Assembly (NCBI GenBank): GCA_964016885.1 | Contig: OZ024741.1 | Coordinates: 16,058,001-16,122,000, forward strand | Source of the DNA: Eledone cirrhosa | Lineage: Eukaryota | Length of the DNA: 64,000 bases | Direction of reading: 5' to 3' | In this document: in pieces, positions 26,711 through 36,450 of the stretch | How positions within the stretch are numbered: position 1 is the stretch's first letter | Layout: each line of letters opens with the position of its first letter | The notes under the pieces: generated by a model | The model's input: only the letters and a program-made list of their open reading frames with translations | Told to the model about the DNA's origin: nothing | The model's database searches: none | Program-made: the position numbers and the translations under genes

Positions 26711-29700
26711 ATGACCTCACTCAGAATAGGCAGCATAAATGCGCGTGGCTTGGGGTCGTCATGGAAGCAGGGCCACCTGCTCAACGACCTCAGGTCACTA
26801 AACATAGATGTAGTGGCCATCAGCGAGACCAGAATCTCCGAAGCACAGGCTTTCGCACCGATCTTCGGCGGCTACGATGTGTACGCATCTCCCAGCCGTC
26901 CGGGATCGGGGGGAGGAGTTGCTGTGCTTTTTCGGAGAGGTTTGGATCTTGCCATACGGGCCATCTTCCTGGACCCAGAAGGTAAGTTGGTGGTGCTGGA
27001 CGTGACCAGCGGAGACGGGCAAGCTTTCAGGTTAGTGGCCGTCTATGCCCCGACAGGAGCAGGGCGGCCTGATTTCTTCCGGCGTCTGGAGACCTTTCTT
27101 GGAACGTCCCGCTCTTTAGTGTTAGTGGGCGACTGGAACGGGATCTTAGATGCACGCTGGGATTGTGTGGGATTAGTGGATAGGGAAGGAGGGTGCAAGA
27201 GTCTCACCAACCTGCTCAGACGTTTTGAACTGTCTGACAGGTACCGAATGGATTTCCCGAATGTACCAATGTGGACTTGGACAAATCGCATAGGGTCATC
27301 CAGATCATATCTAGATAGAGTATTTTGTAGGGAAATAGATAGGTCTAGCATAGGCTGTCCACAATTCAAGATAGTCAGCTACACGGACCACAAATTCGTG
27401 ATCTGTGTGCTTGACTTAGATAGGCTTCATAGACGAGGACCCGGCTACTGGAAGCTAAACGCGTCCTTACCAGCGCGCAAGGCCTACAGAGACCGGATTA
27501 GCGAACTAGTTAAGCGGGCGTTGACGGGGGCCATCGTCAACAACAAGTGGTGGTTTGCTCTGAAAAGAGCAATTAGAATAGAGTCCATTAGGTTTAGTAA
27601 GACTTTAGCAATAGAGAAAAATAGAGCAGAGGGAGAATTAGTTAGAAAATTAGATGAGGCGCTTAGCAAAGGCATCGCCACCGACGTACTTGCGGCGAAA
27701 TTGGCCCTTGACCAATTCTTCAATGCAAAGCACGAAGGCTGCGTTGTCAGAGCTAGGGTGCGTGCTATCAGACACGAGGGGACGAAAGCCGTTCAATGGG
27801 CCCGAGTGGCGGAGGCGCGTCGTGGCAACAAAGCCACGATCCGGTCTTTGGTGGACCACGACGGGCGCATGCTACTCGATCCCGGGAAAATGTGTGAAGC
27901 TTTTCAGCGACACTTCGCTCAAATGTTCGGGGGCAGTGGCGGGCCGGATCGAGGGATGGACTTTAGTGTCTACCTCGACGGACTGCCGCGGCTTTCGGCC
28001 ACTGAGGCGGAGTGATGCGAAAAGCCGATAACAACCGCTGAAGTACGGGATGCAATGACTAGTTGCACAAGGGGTAAATCGCCTGGTTTGGATGGTCTGC
28101 CCTATGAACTTTACGTACAGATGCCAGACTTGTTCGGAGGCCTCTTGGCGGACGTCTACTGCAACTGGCAACAGAACGGGAGAATTCCCAGCTCTGTGAG
28201 CCGAGGAGCGGTGGCTCTGCTGAGAAAGGATCCGAACAAGGGGGATAACATAGATAATTTCAGGCCCATAACTCTGCTAAACACAGAGTTCAAAATTTTG
28301 GCCAAGGTGCTAGCAAAGAGGTTGGCGCTTGTCGTTGGTGGTCTGGTGGGAGAGGCGCAGACATGCGCCATTCCCGATAGATCCATCCACGACAACCTCC
28401 ACTTCATGCGATACATCGTAGAGAGGGTAGCTAGGGAACCTGGCACGGGTGGGTCTTTGATCAATTTAGATCAGTCGAAAGCCTTCGATAGGGTCGACCA
28501 TCGTTACCTAGCGGCAGTCCTTAGGGCGGCTGGCTTTGGGCCCGTCTTCAGATGCTGGATCGCTGCCATGCACAGCGACATCTGCTCTGTAGTGAGAGTG
28601 AACGGTCACCTTTCGGAACCGTTCAACATCATGCGCTCGGTCTGCCAAGGATGTCCCCTCTCGTCCCTATTGTACGTATTGACTCTCGAGCCATTACTGC
28701 ACAAACTGGAGACGTTGAGGGGTATCCCGCGCGAACTAGGATGCGGAAGATCCGTGTCAGCATATGCCGACGATGTCACTGTAGTGGTGTCGAACGCCAA
28801 ACACATCGAGGCGATCGGCACTACACTAAGAGAATACGAAGCGGTGACAGGAGCAATGATCAACCAGGAAAAGTCAGTGGGCCTGCAGCTCGGCACCTGG
28901 AGAGGCAGGTCGATGCCGTCCAACAGCGTCGTCGGGCGCTGGACGGACGGACCGGTTAAATTGCTAGGGGTCTGGTTCGGTCCAGACCTCCAGACGGACA
29001 AAAACTGGGATGAGGTGACGAGCAGGGTGGCTTCTCTCACCCAGAAATGGGCCGAGAGGAAGCTATCCCTGAAAGGTCGAGCGGAGGTGGCGAATGCGTA
29101 CATCGCATCCGTCATCTACTACCGCCTGACCGTCGTACCTTGTCCTAAGCCTTGCCTGACTGCGCTGGAGCGTTTGCTCTTTCGCTTCTTGTGGAAGGGA
29201 CGCGCTCCGATGGTCAGGCGGTCCATCTGCTGTCAACACCCGCTACGTGGAGGGCTGGGCATGCCGTGGCTGATGATGCGCAGACACGCGCTCAGGCTAC
29301 GACATCTCCACCTCTTCCTCGACGGTGATCAGGTGTGGTCGCCGTTTGCAAGACACGTTTTCCCCCAGCTCGTCTCCTTGACGGAGCTGCAGTCCTGGGT
29401 CAAGCGAAGACCGAGAGGGAGCGCTTGGAGACTGGAATGTCTTCAGGCGCTCACAGCCCTCGACCAATCGGGCAATGTGATCGGTGGAAACTCCACCTTG
29501 GCGTTCTATAGAGGATTAGTGGAGGGGAAGAGCGACGACGTACTTGGAGAAACTCTTGGCGTCGACGAAAATCAACTAGCCAATCTCTTCGGAAGGACTT
29601 TCGGGCCGGGGCCTATGGACAACTTCCAGAAATCCCTGGCCTGGCAGTGCTACCGAGGAGCTTTGCCAGTTCGGGATAAACTCTACAGGCATGGAGGTGC

Positions 29701-30130
29701 CGTCAGCCGGGCATGTCCGAGATGCGCGCAGGGCGACGAAACCGTCCTGCACGCACTCGTCCAGTGTCCGAGCATTGCTGACTTGTGGGTTTATGTCGAA
29801 CACCTGCTGTCACGTGTAGGACGGATCCAGCTATCAGCTGAGTCCATCGTGAGGATTGCCCCGCCCCCTTCCTTTAGCCTGGAAGGGCAGGCAGTTTTTA
29901 TCTGTCTGGTGGCCATGACGAAAGAGATAGTATGGTGGACACGTTTCAAAGGGCTGAAGACGAGCACTTACCTCTTCGGTGATGCCCTGATTAACTTTTT
30001 CAAATTTCATTTGAAAAGGAAAATCAGGGTAGAGAGGGAAGTGCTCTCTTCCCAGCATTTTGTTGAAAGATGGGTGAGAGAAGCAAGTATGGCCCGAATG
30101 AATGGGCCTTCTCTGAGTATGTGTCTGTAA
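26711..30130 (+). pseudogene. Tx1-like ORF2 (APE endonuclease, reverse transcriptase, C-terminal CCHC) with one premature stop
   Basis: Motifs NARGL, SETR, VYAP, GDWN, YLDR, TDHK, GPGYWKLN, KSPGLDG, QGCPLS, YADD, CPRC..ETVLHALVQC. TGA at 28013-28015 where the other copies have TGT. Confidence 0.93.
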
Positions 30131-30372
30131 ATTAAAGGTGGAAAACTGGGAGAGGGCACTTGCCCTGGTGGTCAGGGCCACTGTGGTCTTTTAATGGGCT
30201 TTCTCCACAAATGTCCCTTGGAAGTCTCCCCCCTATTGGGGAATTTTTCTTTGTTATTTTATTTCAACCTCTGTTTTTTTACACGCAGAAATGCCCATTT
30301 GTACCGTCCTGTATTGTCCTGTACTGTCCTTAATGTCTACTTTATGTGAACCCTTGTGGTTAATAAAGAAAA

Positions 30373-30373
<1 letters not shown>

Positions 30374-30403
<30 letters not shown>
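30374..30403. repeat. (ATT)10 between Tx1 copies 1 and 2
   Basis: Directly visible. Confidence 0.95.
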
Positions 30404-30638
30404 GAATGCTATGGTTGACGGAGGCTCGGCTCTGTAAGGTACTGTAAATTTTGAACGCTTTAACAATTGTAAATTGTTTAAAACTTAGACCAACTTGTAG
30501 ACAAAAACACCCTCCTCCTCGTGAGAGGGGTCTTTCTGCCCGTTATTTGGCCCTTCGGGGTTAAATAACTGCTTATTGGGGGTTTGTACCCAATATTTAT
30601 TTTAAACAAAAAAAAACAACATAGCTACGAAAAAGAAT

Positions 30639-32723
30639 TTGCATAGGTCACTCCCACTCATTCCGTCTTCTTCTTCCTCAATCGTCACTACAGCAGAGAG
30701 AAGATTGTCTCTCTCCCTCCCTTTTTTAAATGTGTCTCTCTCCCTCCCTTCTCTTTCGCAAGTGACGAAAGAAAAGAAAAGTCTCGTGCAAAGCATACAA
30801 GGTTTCTCCACGACGACGACGACAGCGACGAAACAGGTGTGCGGGAAATACGAAAACCCAGTTCATTCGTCTGACGTCAGGAATAATAGCAGTAGCAGCC
30901 GTAATAACAACAGCAACAGTGACAATGAAAACAACAGTAGCAGCCGCAACAGCATCACCAGCAGCATAAACAACAACAGCATTAGCAGCAGCAACACCAA
31001 CAACGACCACAGCAACAGCGGCGAAGGCAGTAGTCGTAGTACCTGCAGCAACAACAAAAGTAACAGCAGCTCTGACGACAACAACAACAACAGCAGCAAA
31101 GAAAAACCAATCTCATTTGCAGGTATTGCGAAAAACTTGGAAACAATCCTCATAACAAATGAGGAATTAGAGGAAGCGAAGAAGATGGTGACAAAGAATG
31201 GACACCGAGCAATCTGCAAGGCAGCGGAAAATTTTTTCGAAACCCAACAGCACTGTACGGTCACGTACCGTACAGTAAGTACAAAATCCCGTAGGGTGGA
31301 AAGAGCTATAGAGGCCCAAATACAAAAAGCCTTGGGGTCTGTGTGGCAGCGGAAAATGCACATCACCCGAGGCAAAAAATATGCCACCGTAGACGTACTT
31401 TTTGCCACACCCCAGGAGGCAAAGGCCCAATCCGTAGTGACCCTAAGGAGCGAGGAAATGGTGTTGGTGCCCTCCTACTGCGGGCAAAAAATTGTGAGGG
31501 TCAAACTGACCCACGTCCCCCCCGGAATGACCCCTTCTTGGCTGGCCGCGTCTGTCCTCGTCGGAATCGAGGACAAAACAACTGTACTGCAAGTACAGAA
31601 AAAAGTAAGAGAAGATTGGGTCGGCTCCTCCATTGAGATGCTAATCCAAACCAACCAGGAGTGCATCGAAGCTATCCCGGATGTGATAGACTTCGATAAC
31701 GGCACTCAACTGCCCATAAGTGTTGAGGGCAAACGCCCGAAATGCTTTCGCTGTGGATCGAAGACTCACCTCAGGGCCTTCTGCAACGAGAAGACCCTGA
31801 GAAAGGAGAAAACCCCCCTCCTTCCGAATCCGGCTCCACGGCTACCAGCAACAGGACAAGCGGCAACCAGGAACGATAGGCCCGTGGCACCCATACCCAC
31901 TCCACGGAAATCAAAAACAGCAGCAGCAGTGGAAATATTAACAACAACAACAACAATACCAAATGCAGCTGCAACAGAGACTCCAGTGCAAACATCACCA
32001 ACAACAACAAGTGAAAGAGTGGAGCTGGTACCCCTCCCCGACCTCACAGAATCAGACATGGAGTGTGAGGTGGGAGAGGGATGGCAAAAGGTCGTAAGAA
32101 GGCACAAACGCAGAAGCAGCGCATCGTCGCCTTTGAAAAGGGAGGAAAGAAATGAGAAAAGGGTAAAGTCTACTGCAAAGAGACCCACAGCAGCAACAAC
32201 ACCAACACCATCACCACCCACACTAGCACCACCATCACCACCGGCGACAACCCCACCGCCAACAACACCTTCAACACCACCACCACAAGCACCAACATCG
32301 CAAACACAACAACAAAACACACACACCCAGCAACAACGACAAGAAAATAGCAGAACCACACCCTACCCCCAGAAAAACAAATGCACGGCAATAAATACAC
32401 ACAACAAGAAACTAATGACTTACATAATTGAACACACAGACATTTCACAACAGGACTACATAATACCAGCACCAATCAAAACGCCAACTAACATAAGACT
32501 GCTAAAAATAGCACAGAAACAATACACAAACATTAAAACGAAATTCCCCAACGCAGTTGGTGATTTCAGGGACCTAGGAGGAACCATCAATCGAAGAGTA
32601 TATTCAGACATTCTCTTAGAAGAGCCGACGACCAGCCGAAGGGACGATTCAACGGTCCCTTCACCAGACGATCAAGTGAAAAGGGATGTAAAAACCATCC
32701 CTCCTCTACCAAAAGTACGGTAA
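30639..32723 (+). CDS. Tx1-like ORF1, open frame (Asn/Ser-rich N-terminus, RRM-like region, CCHC knuckle); the start ATG seen in copy 3 reads ATA here
   Basis: 694-aa frame with RPKCFRCGSKTHLRAFC; near identical to copy 3 ORF1. Confidence 0.82.
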   Translation: MHRSLPLIPSSSSSIVTTAERRLSLSLPFLNVSLSLPSLSQVTKEKKSLVQSIQGFSTTTTTATKQVCGKYENPVHSSDVRNNSSSSRNNNSNSDNENNSSSRNSITSSINNNSISSSNTNNDHSNSGEGSSRSTCSNNKSNSSSDDNNNNSSKEKPISFAGIAKNLETILITNEELEEAKKMVTKNGHRAICKAAENFFETQQHCTVTYRTVSTKSRRVERAIEAQIQKALGSVWQRKMHITRGKKYATVDVLFATPQEAKAQSVVTLRSEEMVLVPSYCGQKIVRVKLTHVPPGMTPSWLAASVLVGIEDKTTVLQVQKKVREDWVGSSIEMLIQTNQECIEAIPDVIDFDNGTQLPISVEGKRPKCFRCGSKTHLRAFCNEKTLRKEKTPLLPNPAPRLPATGQAATRNDRPVAPIPTPRKSKTAAAVEILTTTTTIPNAAATETPVQTSPTTTSERVELVPLPDLTESDMECEVGEGWQKVVRRHKRRSSASSPLKREERNEKRVKSTAKRPTAATTPTPSPPTLAPPSPPATTPPPTTPSTPPPQAPTSQTQQQNTHTQQQRQENSRTTPYPQKNKCTAINTHNKKLMTYIIEHTDISQQDYIIPAPIKTPTNIRLLKIAQKQYTNIKTKFPNAVGDFRDLGGTINRRVYSDILLEEPTTSRRDDSTVPSPDDQVKRDVKTIPPLPKVR

Positions 32724-32758
32724 GTGGTCTTTCCCATCTTTTCCACTCTATTTTAAAC

Positions 32759-35700
32759 ATGACCTCACTCAGAATAGGCAGCATAAATGCGCGTGGCTTG
32801 GGGTCGTCATGGAAGCAGGGCCACCTGCTCAACGACCTCAGGTCACTAAACATAGATGTAGTGGCCATCAGCGAGACCAGAATCTCCGAAGCACGGGCCT
32901 TCGCACCGATCTTCGGCGGCTACGATGTGTACGCATCTCCCAGCCGTCCGGAATCGGGGGGTGGAGTTGCTGTGCTTTTTCGGAGAGGTTTGGATCTCGC
33001 CATACGGGCCATCTTCCTGGACCCAGAGGGTAAGCTGGTGGTGCTGGACGTGACCAGCGGAGACGGGCAAGCTTTCAGGCTAGTGGCCGTCTATGCCCCG
33101 ACAGGAGCAGGGCGGCCTGATTTCTTCCGGCGTCTGGAGACCTTTCTTGGAACGTCCCGCTCTTTAGCGTTAGTGGGCAACTGGAACGGGATCTTAGATG
33201 CACGCTGGGACTGTGTGGGATTAGCGGATAGGGGTGGAGGGTGCAAGAGCCTCACCAACCTGCTCAGGCGTTTTGAACTGTCTGACAGGTACCGATTGGA
33301 TTTCCCGAATGTGCCAATGTGAACTTGGACAAATCGCATAGGGTCATCCAGATCATATCTAGATAGAGTATTTTGTAGGGAAATAGATAGGTCTAGCATA
33401 GGCTGTCCACAATTCAAGATAGTCAGCTACACGGACCACAAATTCGTGATCTGTGTGCTTGATTTAGATAGGCTTCATAGACGAGGACCCGGCTACTGGA
33501 AGCTAAACGCGTCCTTACCAGCGCGCAAGGCCTACAGAGACCGGATTAGCGAACTAGTTAAGCGGGCGTTGACGGGGGCCATCGTCAACAACAAGTGGTG
33601 GTTTGCTCTGAAAAGAGCAATTAGAATAGAGTCCATTAGGTTTAGTAAGACTTTAGCAATAGAGAAAAATAGAGCAGAGGGAGAACTAGTTACAAAATTT
33701 GACGAGGCGCTTAGCAAAGGCATTGCGACCGACGTGCTTGCGGCGAAATTGGCCCTTGACCAATTCTTCAATGCAAAGCACGAAGGCTGCGTTGTCAGAG
33801 CAAGGGTGCGTGCTCTCAGACACGAGGGGACGAAAGCCGTTCAATGGGCCCGAGTGGCGGAGGCGCGTCGTGGCAACAAAGCCACGATCCGGTCTTTGGT
33901 GGACCACGACGGGCGCATGCTACTCGATCCCGGGCAAATGTGTGAAGCTTTTCAGCGACACTTCGCTCAGCTGTTCGGGGGCAGCGGTGGGCCGGGTAGA
34001 GGGATGGACTTTAGTGTCTACCTCGACGGACTGCCGCGGCTCTCGGCCACTGAGGCGAAGTGTTGCGAAAAGCCGATAACAGCCGCTGAAGTAAGGGAGG
34101 CAATGACTGGCTGCACAAGGGGTAAATCGCCTGGTTTGGATGGTCTGCCCTATGAACTTTACGTACAGATGCCAGACTTGTTCGGAGGCCTCTTGGCGGA
34201 CGTCTACTGCAACTGGCAACAGAACGGGAGAATTCCCAGTTCTGTGAGCCGAGGAGCGGTGGCACTGCTGAGAAAGGATCCGAACAAGGGGGATAACATA
34301 GATAATTTCCGGCCCATAACTCTGCTAAACACAGAGTTCAAGATTTTGGCCAAGGTGCTAGCAAAGAGGTTGGCGCTTGTCGTTGGTGGTCTGGTGGGAG
34401 AGGCGCAGACATGCGCCATTCCCGACAGATCCATCCACGACAACCTCCACCTCATGCGATACATCATAGAGAGGGTAGCTAAGGAACCTGGCACGGGTGG
34501 GTCCTTGATCAATTTAGATCAGTCGAAAGCTTTCGTAGGGTCGACCATCGTTACCTAGCGGCAGTCCTGAGGGCGGCTGGCTTTGGGCCCGTCTTCAGAG
34601 GCTGGATCGCTGCCATGCACAGCGACATCTGCTCTGTGGTGAGAGTGAACGGTCACCTGTCGGAACCGTTCAACATCATGCGCTCGGTCCGCCAAGGATG
34701 TCCCCTCTCGTCCCTCTTGTACGTATTGACTCTCGAGCCATTACTGCACAAACTGGAGACGTTGAGGGGAGTCCCGCGCGAACTAGGATGCGGAAGATCC
34801 GTGTCAGCATATGCGGACGATGTCACCGTAGTGGTGTCGAACGCCAAACACATCGAGGCGATCGGCACTACACTAAGAGAATACGAAGCGGTGACAGGAG
34901 CAATGATCAACCAGGAAAAGTCAGTGGGCCTGCAGCTCGGCACCTGGAGAGGCAGGTCCATGCCGTCCAACAGCGTCGTCGGACGCTGGACGGACGGACC
35001 GGTTAAATTGCTAGGGGTCTGGTTCGGTCCGGACCTCCAGACGGACAAAAACTGGGACGAGGTGACGAGCAGGGTGGCTTCTCTCACTCAGAAATGGGCG
35101 GAGAGGAAGCTATCTCTGAAAGGTCGAGCGGAGGTGGCTAACGCGTACATCGCGTCCGTCATCTGCTACCGTCTGACCGTCGTACCTTGTCCTAAGCCTC
35201 GCCTGACTGCGCTGGAGCGTTTGCTCTTTCGCTTTTTGTGGAAGGGACGCGCTCCGATGGTCAGGCGGTCCATCTGTTGTCAACACCCGCTACGTGGAGG
35301 GCTGGGCATGCCGTGGCTGATGATGCGCAGGCACGCGCTTAGGCTACGACATCTCCACCTCTTCCTCGACGGTGATCAGGTGTGGTCGCCGTTTGCTAGG
35401 CGCGTGTTTCCCCACCTCGTTTCCTTGACGGAGCTGCAGTCCTGGGTAAGGCGAAGACCGAGAGGGAGCGCCTGGAGACTGGAATGTCTTCAGGCGCTCA
35501 CAGCCCTCGACCAATCGGGCAATGTGATCGGTGGAAACTCCACCTCGGCGTTCTATAGAGGATTAGTGGAGGGGAAGAGCGACGACGTACTTGGGGAAAC
35601 TCTAGGCGTCGACGAAAATCAACTAGCCAATCTCTTCGGAAGAACTTTCGGGCCAGGGCCTATGGACAACTTCCAGAAATCTCTGGCCTGGCAGTACTAC

Positions 35701-36177
35701 CGAGGAGCCTTGCCAGTTCGGGATAAACTCTACAGGCATGGAGGTGCCGTCAGCCGGGCATGTCCGAGATGCGCGCAGAGCGACGAAACCGTCCTGCACG
35801 CACTCGTCCAGTGTCCGAAAATTGCTGACTTGTGGGTTTATGTCGAACACCTGCTGTCGCGTTTAGGACGGATCCGGCTATCATCTGAGTCCATCGTGAG
35901 GATTTCCCCGCCCTCCTCCTTTAGCCGGGAAGGGCATGCAGTTTTTATCTGTCTGGTGGCCATGGCGAAAGAGATAGTATGGTGGACACGTTTGAAAGGG
36001 CTGAAGACGAGCACTTACCTCTTCGGTGATGCTCTGATTGACTTTTTCAAATTTCATTTGAAAAGGAAAATCAGAGTAGAGAGGGAAGTGCTCTCTTCCC
36101 AGCATTTTGTTGAAAGATGGGTGAGAGAAGCAAGAATGGCCCGAGTGAATGGGCCTACTCTGAGTATATATCTGTAA
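32759..36177 (+). pseudogene. Tx1-like ORF2 (APE-RT), disrupted
   Basis: TGG>TGA at 33320-33322, 1-nt deletion near 34535, and APE motif GDWN changed to GNWN; otherwise colinear with the intact ORF2 at 44943-48362. Confidence 0.93.
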
Positions 36178-36450
36178 ATTAAAGGTGGAAAACTGGGAGA
36201 GGGCACTTGCCTTGGTGGTCAGGGTCATTGTGGCTTTTTACTGGGCTTTCTCCACAAATGTCCCTCCGAAGTCTCCCCCCTATTGGGGAATTTTTCATTG
36301 TTATTTTCATTGTTATTTTTGTTACATCCTCTGTTTTTGTTTTTTACACGCAGAAATGCCCATTTGTACCGTCCTGCATTGTCCTGCACTGTCCTTAATG
36401 TCTACTTTATGTAAACCCTTGTGGTTAATAAAGAAATCATTATTATTATT

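Larger units (their letters stand above)
24493..30373 (+). mobile_element. L1/Tx1-clade non-LTR retrotransposon, family A copy 1 (ORF1 type 1), apparently full length
   Basis: 5'UTR, CCHC ORF1, APE-RT ORF2, 3'UTR ending AATAAAGAAAAC; (ATT)n on both sides. Confidence 0.92.
30404..36438 (+). mobile_element. L1/Tx1-clade element, family A copy 2 (ORF1 type 2), full length
   Basis: Starts GAATGC..TGGTTGACGGAGG at the same base as copy 3; ends AATAAAGAAATC followed by (ATT)4. Confidence 0.93.

Noticed and set aside
30505-30596. HDV-like ribozyme in the Tx1 5'UTR (TCCTCGT loop-like motif)
   Set aside because: Could not assign P1 or a conserved J4/2 catalytic strand, and that segment differs between copies 2 and 3
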